NCBI GenBank assembly: GCA_963765895.1 | Contig: CAVXZB010000023.1 | Location: forward strand, 1-64,000 | Source of the DNA: an uncultured Nitrososphaeraceae archaeon | GTDB lineage: Archaea; Thermoproteota; Nitrososphaeria; Nitrososphaerales; Nitrososphaeraceae | Length of the DNA stretch: 64,000 nucleotides | Direction of reading: 5' to 3' | Shown: piece after piece, positions 20,663 to 33,426 of the stretch | How positions within the stretch are numbered: position 1 is the first letter of the stretch | How the letters are laid out: each line of letters opens with the position of its first letter | Made by a program: the position numbers and the translations under genes | Notes under the pieces: generated by a model | What the model saw: only the letters and a program-made list of their open reading frames with translations | Told to the model about the DNA's origin: nothing | The model's database searches: none

Positions 20663-23600
20663 TATCTTCTTCCTCTTTCACCTTCATATAAAGATCCACC
20701 ATGCCTGTACCCTACAGGTACTGTTGCGCCAACAATAACATTTTCTGTAACCCCTCTCAGACTTTCAACCTGACCCTCCAATGAAGCTTTTGCAATAGTA
20801 GGTACTGTAATTTCAAAGGCGGCTCTGCGCTAGAACAGATGTTTTTGTACCAGCAATGCCATGTCGACCAATCTGTTGTAGATAACCCTTGGAAGTCATG
20901 AGATCAGCAACTAGCATGATATGTCGCATGTCTACCTCAAGTCCCTGTTCCTCCAAGGTATTTGTAATCTCTTTTACGAGAGCAGTTCTTGATGCTTCAA
21001 TTCCCAACGTTTGCCATATCTCATATACATTGTTAGTAGTAGACCTAGAGGTATCTATACCCTCAATCGCTACTACCTTGGCAAGATTGGATCCGGCTGT
21101 TTGTATAACCCACTCGTCATTTTGCTTGACGATAGTAACTCGTTCGATGTCTGGTACGCCCTTAACTCTGTTATTGAGAAGCTTATTTCTAAGTGTCAGT
21201 AGTGTTTGTGCATCAGGATTTCCTGGAACTGAAACCCTGATGAGGTATTTCTTCTCGTTCATTGAGATCTCATATTTCTTTTTCGATCCTTTCAATACTT
21301 CATATACTTCCTCCAGCGCGCACCCACGCTCTGTTAGTTTAGTATCAGAAACTGAAAAGGTAAGTGTCCCATCATAATCCGTATCTGTTTTTTCTATTAA
21401 ATCGCTAACTCTAGTAAATATTATCTCCCTTGCAACTTCAAGCGCCTTTTCCCTAGAGATACTATGTTCTTTATCAAGGTAAATATCCATAGTAGGGGTA
21501 ACTGGTTTTTTTCTTGCATCCACTAGTTCTATTAACCTGGGAAGTCCCAACGTGACGTTCCTTTCCTTAACTCCAGCAAAGTGAAAGGTTCTAAGAGTCA
21601 TCTGTGTACCTGGTTCTCCGATAGACTGGGCAGTAACTACCCCGACTGCTTCGCCAGGTTCTGCTCTTGCTTTTTCGATTAAATCCATAGTCTTTTTTAG
21701 AACGCTTTCGATGCCTTCTAAGCTAAGTGGGTTTCCAGTGATCGTCGTCTCAAGATTCCTCTTCAATCTGTCGTTCAGATCCTTACCGAATTTTTTTAAT
21801 ATTCCCTCAATCTCAGCCGGTGTTGCCTTTTTGCCAGTATCTACAATTGATGCGCTTTCAATCAATCTTAATATATTTATAGCTTCACCGTGATCGCTTT
21901 TTGCTGGATCTATTCCGTCTTCACCATACAAATACTGAATTATATTCCCGTGGGGATCACGAACAGTATGATCGTATTCAATTTTTAGGTGCTCTAGAGC
22001 GTTAATTAATCTTCTTTGCATGTACCCAGACTGCTGGGTTCTAACTGCTGTATCAACTAGACCTTCCCTGCCTCCCATGGCATGGAAGAAAAATTCCAGT
22101 GGACTCAGACCATCTCTATAATTTGATTTAACGAACCCACGCGAAGCGGGATTGGTGTCATTTATCGTAAAGTGTGGCAGAGATCTGTTGTGATACCCCT
22201 TGTTAATTCGCTTTCCTCTAATAGACTGCTGTCCCAATGCCGCAGTCATCTGTCCAATATTAAGTGTTGATCCACGTGCGCCGGTGGAAGCCATGATTAC
22301 ACCGGAATTGTTATCCGGAAATGCTCTGTCGGCTGTTTTTCCGGCTCTATCCCTTGCTCTTGACAGCTCATTTACCACGTATAATTCAAGAGCCTCCTCA
22401 GGAGCAAGACCTCTAGTAAGTGGCAGGGTTCCCTGGTTATACTGCAAGATCAAATCATGAACGTTGTCATATGCCTTTTGAACTACATCATTAATTTCCT
22501 GTCGTGTTTTATCATTTAGCCATAAATCTGAGTAGCCATATGAAAAACCTCGGTGGGTTATGTACGTCTTGAGCATAATCAGAATAGAATCAAGGAACTT
22601 TCGAGCAGCATCATTTCCATAATCCTTTACTATTCGATGTAGCACACTATCTGGTTCTTCTGCTCCTATTGAAGCCTTATCTATCACTCCACTCACGAGT
22701 TCTCCATTTCTGATTACAACATCTTTCCCTTCACCTTTTGCTGCCTTGTTCCACTTTGAGGTAATTATAAAATTGAAGTCATGAGGAAAGAATAGTGAAA
22801 ACAACTGTTTGCCGGTATAGAATTTTTCGCCTGCGCTATTTGTCTTGCATTCTGGCAAGGTGCCTTTATAGCCACCTATTAGAGCCATGTTTGCAAATTC
22901 TTCCCTACTAAGTATAGTTTGATCGGATGTGAGGATGAATGCTCCCGTAATAAAATCCCTGATCCCGCCAATAATAGGTCCGCCATATCTCGGTGAGATA
23001 AGCTGATCCTGGACTCGCATGAGTAATGCTCGCCTCCGCTCTGGCTTCCTCGCTCTGAGGGACATGTAGATTCATTTCATCTCCATCAAAATCTGCATTG
23101 TAAGGAGGGCAAACTGCAGGATGTAATCGAAATGTCCTATATGGCAAAACTCGTACATAATGAGCCATGATGGACATTCTGTGTAACGAAGGCTGCCTGT
23201 TAAAAATTACGATATCTCCATCCGACAGATGTCTCTCAACTAGATAATTACTGGAAAGAGAATCTGCTATTGTATTCCTATCATTTACATAGTCAAGTCG
23301 AATCTTAACTCCATCTGGTCTTATGATATAATTAGCACCAGGATATATGTTAGGTCCATTAATAACCAATTTCTTTAGTCGCTCGAGGTTCCACTGGGAT
23401 ACAGTCTCTGGTATAGTCAGTTTTTTGGCAACATCCACTGGCACACCTACATTTGAAATGGCAAGATTTGGATCGGGCGAGATCACTGTTCGACTTGAGA
23501 AATCTACTCTTTTTCCAGACAGTGAGCCACGGAACCGTCCCTCTTTCCCCTTTAATCTTTGAGTCAGAGTTTTTAGAGGTCGTCCCGACCTATGATGAGC

Positions 23601-24467
23601 TTGTGGGATTCCGGACACTTCATTGTCAAAATAAGTGGTTACATGATACTGTAATAAATCTACCAAATCTTGTACGATTAGTGGAGGCGTTCCAGCCTCT
23701 TTGCTTTCCTTGAGCCTTTGATTGACCCTTATAATATCGACGAGCTTATGAGTCAGATCGTCTTCTGATCTGATTCCAGTTTCCAGTATTATGGATGGTC
23801 TGACAGTCACGGGTGGCACAGGTAGCACTTGTAGCACGAACCACTCTGGTCTGGCCGTTTTAGGATCATATCCAAGCACAGTTAAGTCTTCATCGGGAAT
23901 GTGGACCAATCTCTCTCTAATGGTAATGGGCAATAACCTGTTTTCACCTACATCTGTCTTCTCCACGAAGATTGTCGGTTTCGTAAATACTAAATCATAT
24001 TGTTCTTTCTGGCAATGAGGACATACTTTGACCTTCTTTGCCTTGTCAATTATCTCGTCTTTAACATTCTCTAAGGCAATCACAGCGTATGCGGCTTTGC
24101 TATCTCGCAAATCTTTGTATTTCGATAATTCGTCAGGAGTTAACTTGATTCTGTTGCAAGATCTACATGTTATTATAAGTAGCTTGTGGATGTCGTCAAC
24201 AAAGGCTATATGAAGAACAGGCTCTGCCAGTTCTATATGTCCGAAGTGACCAGGACACTTGGCAGAAGTATTACCACAGGTAGCACATTTTTGACCAGGC
24301 TCCAAGGTCCCAAGACGATTGTCCATCAATCCGCCCTGGACTGGCATTCCATCCTCATCATACGTCTCTGGGGCCGTAATTTCTGCAACACTAAATTTCC
24401 GCACCTCAACTGGAGACCATACACTGAATCTAATTCCTCCAAGAATTTTTAGGGATTCCTCCATCAT
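20643..24467 (-). CDS. rpoA: RNA polymerase largest subunit Rpo1, A' and A'' fused (frameshifts near 23031 and 20828)
   Basis: 'CPGHFGH', '[11 protein letters not shown]', '[10 protein letters not shown]', '[15 protein letters not shown]'; the A'/A'' junction lies within one ORF. Confidence 0.97.
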
Positions 24468-24489
24468 ACTAGTACATCCTCCTGTCGAT

Positions 24490-27400
24490 TCATACCTTCT
24501 CCCTCGCTATCAATCTTGGAGCTACATTCAAACTCATCATTTCCTGAAGAAGTAATTTAAATGCATATGCGATGATTACCGAAGATATCTTTGCCTTCTC
24601 GCCACAAACCCGACAGACAAATCTCCGCTGCTTTGACATCAAAATATGCCAGAAGTCCGCAGCGTTCGCAAACATTTACTTCTGCCTTATCAGACTCCTC
24701 AAGCAATCTGTCCTTCAGCATCATCGATGCTCCATATGCAATGAGACAGTCCCTTTCCATTTCTCCAAATCTGAGCCCACCGCCACGTGCTCTTCCTTCC
24801 GTAGGCTGCTTTGTGAGCATTTGAACCTGTCCTCTTGCTCTGCTGTGAATTTTGTCGGCAACCATGTGATGTAGCTTTTGATAATATACTACGCCAATGT
24901 AAACCTCTGCCGGAAACCGTTTTCCGGTTCTACCGTCATACATCATCTCTTTTCCACTATATTCAAAGCCATATTGTGCCATAACGTCTTTAATATCGTC
25001 CAGTTTTTCACCCAAGAAGGCAGATCCATCGACGATCTTGCCCTCTCAATGATGCAGCTTTACCACCCAGCGATTCCATAAATTGTCCCACAGTCATTCT
25101 TGAAGGAAAGGCGTGTGGATTTATCATGATATCCGGTACAACTCCTTCGGCAGTATAAGGAAGATCCTCTTGGCTTACAAGCATTCCTACAACTCCTTTT
25201 TGGCCGTGCCTTGATGCGAATTTGTCTCCAATTTCCGGTATTCTCATATCTCGCACTCTTATCTTAAACATCTTCCCACCCTCAACTGACTGAGTCATTA
25301 TCACTGTATCCACAACGCCGTTTTCTGAAGGCCTAACACCAACCGAAGTATCTCTTCTATAAGGTCCCTTTACTTCAAATTCTTTATATTCTTCCATAAA
25401 TCTCGGTGGGGATGTTCTACCTATGAGAATGTCACCCCCACTCACTATAGCTTCGTGCATAATAGCACCATCCTGTTCCAACAATCTGTATGCTTTCTCA
25501 CCTCTATATCCTCTAATATTTGCGTCTGAAAGTGGGAGTTCAAAGTTATCCTTCATCCCACCAGGATATTGTTTTGCTTCCGCTTCATATACTCGATAAA
25601 AGAATGTCCTACCCAGCCCTCGATCCACCGATGACTTGTTAAATACAATAGCATCCTCGATATTGTAGCCCTCAAATGGTAGAACTGCAACAACTGCATT
25701 CTGTCCTGTAGGCCTCTCATCTAAACCCAACAAGTTTATTGCTTTTGTATTTACCATCGGAACCTGAGGATATAACATAAAATGCTGTCGAACGTAGGTG
25801 CTTGCGTTCATTAGAGGTGTCGAAAATCCCAAGCTCTGTTTTGCCATTGCACTTTCGTATGTATTTCTTGGTGATTGGTTATGCTCGGGATAAGGTATAA
25901 TTGAAGCGCCAACTCCCAGAATTGCCGATGGAAATATTTCGATGTGAGTATGGGATTTACTAAGTTTCGATACATCAATTGCAATATAACAATTTTCCTC
26001 CTCATTAGCGTCGACTAGTTCTATGATACCCATATACAGGAGATCAGACCATGATAGAAATTTTTTGGTGACCTTATCGACAATTTCATTTGTTATAAGT
26101 GGAGCACCATCTTTGACGACTGCAAGTGGTCTCAAGACCCTTCCGGCATTGCAACTAATATACATCCGTCTAGTGGCATTTTCGTTAAACGTGGAATAGA
26201 AATAGATTCCAACATGCGGATAAATTTTACCACCTCTTCGCATTGTTCTTAAAGTGTGAGCCAATTGTTCACCACCTTCAGCGTAGCCTATAAGCTGTCC
26301 ATCAACGAAAACTCTGGTACCAATCCTCCTGAGATCTTCCTTGGCCTCATCAATATGTTCTACTCCAAGCTCATATAACTTCTCGACAATCTCTGCTGGT
26401 GGAGCACTCACAGAAATAATCGCAGATAAGGCCAGATTTTTAACTAGGCCACAATTTGAACCTTCTGGTGTCTCTGCTGGGCAGATCCTACCAAAATGGG
26501 TAGCATGTAGATCTCTGGCTTCGAAATTCGGCTGACTTCTGCTTAAAGGGGATTGAATTCTTCGTAAATGACTGATAGTTGACATATAATTCGTTCGATC
26601 CAGTAACTGTGTCACGCCCACCCGACCCCGGCCCCAATTGCCGGTTGCAATCGCATTATTGAGTTTATCAGAAATTATCCCCGGTCTAACGGCCGCCGCT
26701 ACAGCATTGATCCCCCGCTTTTGTCCAGATCTCTCCAGCTGATATTTCATGTCCCTTATTAAATTTCTAAATGCGGTTCTGAATAAATCTGCCAACATTT
26801 GACCAGCAAATTTTATTACCTTATTACCGTAGTGATCCTTATCATCGGAGTCTATCCAACCCATTTTTAATTCAATCAGCTTGCTTGCAGCTTCTCCTAG
26901 AAAGAGTGCTTTTTCATGGCGATTATCTGGATTCTTACCCAGATGAGGAAGCAATCCCCAATCAAGAAGCGTTTCTGCCCTTTTTATTTGGAACTCTTCA
27001 AGCATTCCAGGAGCAATTCTCTTGCTTATATAGATTATGGCATCCTGGCTAGTTATTACATCACCTGCCTTCTCGAAAGAAGGCTCCAGGTCGTCTTGAA
27101 TAATTTCGTTTAGCGAGACCGCATTCGCAATATCCTTATCTGATTCTAATCCCAATGCTCTAATTAGCGTAACAAGTGGAATATCTACTGGAGAACCGGG
27201 GATCTTGGCGACAACAGAACCATCTGGTCTCATGATCAATTCCAATTTGGCTCTATAGCCAACTATTGAAGAATAGACTTTGGCTTTGTAAAGTAAAGTT
27301 CCGGTCGCTTCCTCCACATCTACTATAATTTTATTGTACAGAAGATCCTCCAATCCAACTATCACACGCTCAGAGCCGTTGATCACAAAATACCCACCAG

Positions 27401-27839
27401 GATCTCTGGAGTCCTCGCCCGTTTCTATCAATTTTAGTTCAGGCAAATTATGTAGTATGCACGCATTTGACTTGACCATGACTGGCATGTCACCTACATG
27501 AATAAACCTCGATTCTAATATTTTACCGTCCTCCACTATACTAGACTCGAGCATAATCGGAGAGGCATACGTTAAATTGCGAAGTCTTGCTTCCACGGGT
27601 GCCACATGGGTTATGGAGCCATCGAGCTCCATGATTCTAGGCTGTTGCAGCTTAATCTTACCAAGTTTAATCTTGTACGGATATTCGGCTGTTTCGATTT
27701 CGATTTCTCCAACTTCATCAATGATGCTCTGCAGGCCTCGTTCCATAAATTCATTATAGGAATTCAAGTGCTGACGGGCTACTCCTTCTCGTCTAAGAAT
27801 ATCATTAATAATTGGCCACATATCAAGAAACTCGGTCAT
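24490..27839 (-). CDS. rpoB: RNA polymerase subunit Rpo2, unsplit (frameshifts near 25041 and 24633)
   Basis: '[11 protein letters not shown]', 'ETPEG', '[12 protein letters not shown]', '[11 protein letters not shown]'. Confidence 0.97.
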
Positions 27840-27845
27840 GAATAT

Positions 27846-28097
27846 CTAGCCTTCTACGACGTAGCGGTAATATACACTTTCACCCGCAGTTGGGCTTTTT
27901 CTTGTTATTTTTATGATATCCCCTGGACGTACCTCAAGGTCTTCAATCCCTTTATCTGTAGTTGTAATATAGGGTAGTTGACTAGGCTTTGCGTTAAATT
28001 TTCGCAATACTTCTTCTGCCAAGTCCTTTGGCAGTATCTCATGCTTTGGTTGATAAACATGATTGGATATCTTTATAACCTTCTTTTCTGAGGACAT
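27846..28097 (-). CDS. rpoH: RNA polymerase subunit H (Rpo5)
   Basis: 'PKHEIL', 'GDIIKITRKSPTAGESVYYRYV'. Confidence 0.97.
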   Translation of the reverse strand: MSSEKKVIKISNHVYQPKHEILPKDLAEEVLRKFNAKPSQLPYITTTDKGIEDLEVRPGDIIKITRKSPTAGESVYYRYVVEG

Positions 28098-28270
28098 ATT
28101 TTACGTCCCCTCCACACCGGACTTAAATGACAAGTTCCACGTCAGAAAATTTCCAGCGTTCACTGTACCACTTGAGAAAAGATAGCACATATAAGTGATA
28201 TCGTTTTTATGATCAAATCCTCATGTGAAACAAAAAATGATTGGTAAATCTTAGAAAGGTAATGATCTAC

Positions 28271-29398
28271 TTAATTTTTCTCTGCTTTGGATTTGATTAA
28301 TATGTTTTCAGCATCAGAAATTACTAAGATCTTATGATTTCTTCCATGTTTCTCCATAAGGCGATTTAATATCTCTTTGCTTCCCGTATATGGATATAAA
28401 CCGAGCTTTCCATTTAGATAGTATTGAGGGATAGTAGACATAATACCCATATCATATTGTGATTGCAACTCTCGTAAGTATAGGAGGTGTTCCTGGCCCT
28501 CAACATAGGTCTGACCATCAAGGCCATTTTGCAGTTCAATCCTTCCCTCAACGCAATCGCGTAAGGCGCCGTTTCCTACGCCTTGAGTATTCTCGGCCAA
28601 TAATACTGCCGAGCCATTTCTCTTTACAAGGTGTATTGAGTTCCACAACGAATTTAGTGAACTCGAGAGAGTCTCATGGGGCCCTTCTTCGTTACTTGTA
28701 CAGATAATTGTAGAACCGCTACTAATCTCTTCAGTCTCTGTTATCGCAGACAAATAGCCTAGTGCGCTGTCAAATGCCTCAATTATGTCGCCATGGAATA
28801 TAGCTGAAATACCATAAGAATTTCCTACCACTTCAATAACCTCAGCCCTCAATTCGCTGAAAACTGATAATGCAATTTCTAAAGGCGGTCCAGCTATCCC
28901 TGGTGCCGGCAAATTCGTGACTCTAGAATTAAATGCTTCTGTCATCTTATCTGGATAAAAATTACGAAGTAGCATTGTAGGGGCTCCGCAATACCCAAAT
29001 AATGGGTCGTGTTTTGTATGAGAGATGATTAAAATTTTTTGAAATTTTTTAATCATAACGTCAAATGGCTCTGAACCAATTCTCTCTATTGAACAACCCT
29101 TGTTAGAAATGTTAGCACGTAATGTTCGAACATATTTGGAAAAGGTCTCGATTGAGACTTTTGGTAAATCTATCGAACGATTGAGATCTAGTATCATATC
29201 AATAGCTCGCGCTACCGATATTGACCCGTCAGTTGCAAGGATAAGTGTATTTTCCATCAGTACAACTCCACTAAGTTTGGCCCTTACCTGTTCATCGGAT
29301 AGGAGGTCTAGGTTTGATGAAATATGCTTTAGAAGATTTTCGAATTTAATATCAAGTACTATATGGGTACCTCCATACTTGAGCCATATTTCAGGCAT
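28271..29398 (-). CDS. Degenerate LarA / DUF2088-like protein
   Basis: N-terminal 'IWLKYG', 'HDPLFGYCGAP', C-terminal 'VKRNGSAVLLAENTQGVG' resemble the LarA scaffold. Confidence 0.65.
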   Translation of the reverse strand: MPEIWLKYGGTHIVLDIKFENLLKHISSNLDLLSDEQVRAKLSGVVLMENTLILATDGSISVARAIDMILDLNRSIDLPKVSIETFSKYVRTLRANISNKGCSIERIGSEPFDVMIKKFQKILIISHTKHDPLFGYCGAPTMLLRNFYPDKMTEAFNSRVTNLPAPGIAGPPLEIALSVFSELRAEVIEVVGNSYGISAIFHGDIIEAFDSALGYLSAITETEEISSGSTIICTSNEEGPHETLSSSLNSLWNSIHLVKRNGSAVLLAENTQGVGNGALRDCVEGRIELQNGLDGQTYVEGQEHLLYLRELQSQYDMGIMSTIPQYYLNGKLGLYPYTGSKEILNRLMEKHGRNHKILVISDAENILIKSKAEKN

Positions 29399-29736
29399 CA
29401 AGAACCTAAAAATGTCCCGTTAAAATAAATCTTTTTCCCTTCTCGCGTAGTTATCACTATTTACTTCGTGCTTTCTCATCATCGTGAGCTTTCCCGGCAA
29501 AAAATTTACCGTCGAAGCCTAGCTCTCAAATAATGCCTAGGAACAGGCTAACTTTTACAGAAAAGCCCGCAGAAGAATAATAAATCGCGTAAAGGGAGAA
29601 AATAAAAAGACAATCATTCTGGTGACATTTCCTGATCTGGCTGATATTTTTTACATCTATTTTCTACGGGTCTAAAAATATTAAGCAGATGCTAACGCTG
29701 TTTTCGTACTAATCCGCACGAATAGAATAACTATCG

Positions 29737-30300
29737 TTAGCTTTCGTAAATCATTAAATTCTTCTCTTCCAACAACGTATGCAGATTATGTACTGCTCTG
29801 TAAACTTCGCTTTCCTTTTTTGCACCTGTGCAGACTAACTTTCCACTAGCAAATAACAAGATTACAGTTTTTGGATCTAACATTCTATGTATCAAGCCAG
29901 GAAATTGTTCCGGCTCATACATACTTCTTGGAAGTACTCTGGCGGCTAGCTCCAAGTGAATTTTTCCACCCAAACTCGCTGATGCCACTATATTCTGAAT
30001 TTCTATCTGCGGCTCATGCTCTATAGGGATCCCTCCTTTCTTTAGTTTTTGGACTACGTTTTTCACTGCCTTTATAGCCTGGTCTTCCGACTTCGCGCCA
30101 GTGCACACCATCTTTCCAGAACTGAAAATTAATGTAGCTGTTTTGGGGGATTTCAATCTGAATACTAATCCAGGAAATTGATCAGGGTGATACTCAACGT
30201 CTGGAAAAATTTGAGTTATTAGATTTAAATTTACAGTTTGATTCACGGTAGCCGAAGCTACGACATTTTCGATGCTGACGATGGGCTTGGTCTGTGGCAT
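29737..30300 (-). CDS. tbp: TATA-box binding protein
   Basis: Two repeats 'NVVASA..QFPGL..LIFSSGKMVCTGAK' and 'NIVASA..QFPGL..LLFASGKLVCTGAK'. Confidence 0.98.
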   Translation of the reverse strand: MPQTKPIVSIENVVASATVNQTVNLNLITQIFPDVEYHPDQFPGLVFRLKSPKTATLIFSSGKMVCTGAKSEDQAIKAVKNVVQKLKKGGIPIEHEPQIEIQNIVASASLGGKIHLELAARVLPRSMYEPEQFPGLIHRMLDPKTVILLFASGKLVCTGAKKESEVYRAVHNLHTLLEEKNLMIYES

Positions 30301-30617
30301 AATATAAGTGGGGTTTATATATATGCACTATATATACTGTTTATAATATCATTATAGTAGATTTTAATATAAATTTATGTATCGCTTTATTTATTGCCAT
30401 GAGAAACACTATGCAATCTAATGGCTATTGATTAGATCACTTCACTATCCAATAATTGTTACTGATCATACTATATATAATGGCAAATTTGTGCCACGGA
30501 ATTACCCAAGTAAAATATCCTTGGGTTATCATGCTGATATACTGCGTGAGTCCTGCCAAAAAGACTAAGCTTCTTTGACGTGCCCCCATTAGTCCTTATC
30601 GCGAATTTGCAAGTTAT

Positions 30618-31549
30618 TCAGCCATAAATATAAAGTGAGCTTAGTTTCAAAATTTTCTTATTTGTTAAAAAGGAGCATTGTCTAAAACCACGCTGCGTAG
30701 CCGTCTTTATCATAAAAAGCTGTAGTACAAATAGCGACTGAAGTAATGTGCTAAGATAATTCTGAGTCGAATAATCAAAGTCTAGTGAACTAATATTCAA
30801 ATCATTAGACTCACCATGAGGTAAGCTGCGGTAAGGAGAATTGCTTCTATTACCGAGTATTAGTATTCGATCTGTTCTAGTTACTCCAAATATTGGTGCA
30901 TGGAAAAACTCGTCAATAGTGTATGCATATGATCTTATTCCCAGAATTTCATTTGCCTTCAATGTCCCATATAGAGCAATTGGAAACAATAGCCCACTGC
31001 CCAAAATTATGTACGAACTAAAATTTTGTGCTCTAAGTAGACTATCGCTCATCCTGTCAGCACTTTCAAAGAGGCATGTAAGGTCTGGAAGGCGATTGAT
31101 TTTCCTAACAAGCGAAAGACAAATGAGGAGAGAAGCACCAAATCCTATTGAACCAGACGTAGTTATTCCAGTAGTACGATACTTTAGCTCAATCAAATCA
31201 TCACACACTCTGGCCAATTTGCTTCTCGGATCCTTAGTAATGGCTACTGTTTTCACTGCTTTCTTTTTTGCCATCCTTGCAGCAAGAATATTATCTAAAG
31301 TGTTACCAGATATCGATATAAAATATGCGGTCTTGTTATTTACAATATCAGGATTGATCAATATATCTGAAGGATAACAAGATTGGGCTCTATGGTTCGA
31401 AGCATATTGTGCAACAAGCGCTCGGCATGAGAGTCTCCAGATCCAATAAACAGTGAATTCTCGGGACTATTTAGCGACTTGAGATTTAGATAGGTAAGAT
31501 CTTCCAATTGATATCTAACCTCAATATACATAGCAAGAAGCGAATCCAC
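30618..31549 (-). CDS. SIS-domain sugar isomerase (frameshift near 31422)
   Basis: 'FIGSGDS', 'ISISGNT', 'DEFFHAP'. Confidence 0.85.
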
Positions 31550-31692
31550 GTGAGGATGATTTGCTTCCCACTTTATGATTTTTACTACAATTTGGTAGAT
31601 TTAGCATGTTTACCTCGAAAATTCGTGGCACCGATTACACATGAACAATTACAATGAGACAAGAATATTAGTACCGAATTCGTTAATGTATT

Positions 31693-32121
31693 ATGGTCAA
31701 CTATTATCAAATCCTAGAGGTTAACCCTTCTGCAACATTGAATGAGATAAAGCAATCCTTTCGTACTTTAGCATTGAAGTATCATCCTGACAAGAATAAG
31801 AATTCTGAAAGTTCAAAGGAGAAATTTATGCAAATTATAGAGGCTTACGAAGTCCTTTCTGACCAATACGCAAGAAAAAGATATGATTCTATTAATTCCG
31901 AAAAAAGGTCTAACCAGGTCGGCCGAGAAAGATGGGTACCGTCAGCTGACTTCCGTAAAATCTATAGCTACTCGGAAATAAAAAAACAATATACAAATGA
32001 CGCAATAACGGGTGGGATGTGGGATATAAGTGAAAGAACAAGCATGGGAATGTGGAAGGCCACAATGATACTATTTGGAGGCCTTGCCGTAATGGTGACA
32101 ATTATTATCATGTTTCGTTGA
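31693..32121 (+). CDS. J-domain protein with C-terminal TM anchor
   Basis: 'YYQILEV', 'YHPDKN', 'AYEVLSD'; hydrophobic C-terminus. Confidence 0.9.
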   Translation: MVNYYQILEVNPSATLNEIKQSFRTLALKYHPDKNKNSESSKEKFMQIIEAYEVLSDQYARKRYDSINSEKRSNQVGRERWVPSADFRKIYSYSEIKKQYTNDAITGGMWDISERTSMGMWKATMILFGGLAVMVTIIIMFR

Positions 32122-32134
32122 GGCCAAAAATATT

Positions 32135-32164
32135 AAATTTGATTAGTTTAGATCAAATTAGATT
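32135..32164. repeat. Degenerate AGATT-like pentamer array, 6 units
   Basis: aaatt tgatt agttt agatc aaatt agatt. Confidence 0.5.
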
Positions 32165-32314
32165 CCAGAACATATAGGGTTTATTTGGCAAGGCTATTAG
32201 AACTATGCTGCACAAAGGCAAATAGCTAGAACAGGCGTGATTAGAATCAATCTATCTAATTTGGAGACCTGTGCTCAAAAGGATTAAAAGAGGTAATATG
32301 AAACTTTATTTAAT

Positions 32315-32611
32315 TTGCGCGTAATCGCCATTGGAAGTCGCGTTTTTGTGACTAGTTTTCAACTTGCTGGTGTTGAAGGAATAAAAATATCTTCATCTGC
32401 TCAAATACTGAGTGAAATTAATAAATTACGGTCGTCCGAGGACGTCGGCCTCATTCTTCTGAGTGATGACATGGCAAAAGAGATTCGCTTTCAGCTGACT
32501 GACATAAGATCAAAAAAACCTATACCTTTAATCTTTGAACTACCTGCTCCTGGAAGCACAAAAGAAAGTATTGATTACAGAGCGTTACTTAAGCAAATTC
32601 TGGGTGTATAG
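32315..32611 (+). CDS. atpF: A/V-type ATP synthase subunit F (stand-alone)
   Basis: 'VIAIG..VTSFQLAGV', 'PLIFELP', 'KQILGV'. Confidence 0.9.
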   Translation: MRVIAIGSRVFVTSFQLAGVEGIKISSSAQILSEINKLRSSEDVGLILLSDDMAKEIRFQLTDIRSKKPIPLIFELPAPGSTKESIDYRALLKQILGV

Positions 32612-32646
32612 TTGAATAGAACTGAATTTGTTGTGCAATCTCCTAA

Positions 32647-33426
32647 TCAGCTTGGAAGTTCCAGTTCAGCTATTTTTCTTCCGAATATAAGGTAGGCGGT
32701 ATGTCCAATCATCCTCATCGAGGGTCTTGTCATTCCTTCCCTCGCTTCAATGGTTCTTATAAAAACTTCGCTGCAGTCGATATCAACAAACCCGTTTTTG
32801 AGTGCTATGGCAGTTTTTTCTACTTGATTGACTGTAGGACAAATTGCTACAAAGGATCCGCTTTCTTTTAGTGCTATATAGACCTGTGGGACTATGGTCC
32901 AAGGATCTCCCAGGTCAACGATTGCCACATCAAAATCCTTTTCTTCGATAGCATGATGGGCATCAGCTTCGTTTAGGGTCGCAAATTCTGACATGCCAGC
33001 TTTGCCTAGATTTCGACTTGCTATGATTATTGACTCATGGTTAATATCGTATGAGTGAATATGACCCGTTGGTTTAACTATACTAGCAAGGAACGTGGTT
33101 ATAGCACCGCTTCCAGTACCAATCTCGAGAATCTGCGATCCACTAGTTATTCCTGCTCTTACGACAATATATCCAAGATCTTTAGGATACACAATTTGCG
33201 TTCTCCGCTCTGATTTCATTATAAAATCGTGAACTGTGGGCTTTACAAGGTAGATGACTTTACCGAGTGGAGTCTGAAGAAATGATCCATAGTTCATTCC
33301 AATAATAGATGGTATATCTATTACTCCTAGATGGGTATGTAGTTTCTTTTCTGACGTTACCTTAACTAGCCATTTCTTAGTTCGATTATGAAATAACAAC
33401 ACATAGGAGCCTTCTTCGATACTCAT
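32647..33426 (-). CDS. trmI: tRNA (adenine-N1)-methyltransferase
   Basis: 'RRTQIVYPKD', 'EIGTGSGA', 'DLGDPW', 'HTAYL'. Confidence 0.95.
   Translation of the reverse strand: MSIEEGSYVLLFHNRTKKWLVKVTSEKKLHTHLGVIDIPSIIGMNYGSFLQTPLGKVIYLVKPTVHDFIMKSERRTQIVYPKDLGYIVVRAGITSGSQILEIGTGSGAITTFLASIVKPTGHIHSYDINHESIIIASRNLGKAGMSEFATLNEADAHHAIEEKDFDVAIVDLGDPWTIVPQVYIALKESGSFVAICPTVNQVEKTAIALKNGFVDIDCSEVFIRTIEAREGMTRPSMRMIGHTAYLIFGRKIAELELPS

Noticed and set aside
22908-23065. Apparent rpoA1/rpoA2 split
   Set aside because: The break lies just after the NADFDGD motif, not at the natural A'/A'' boundary, and one base removal restores the frame
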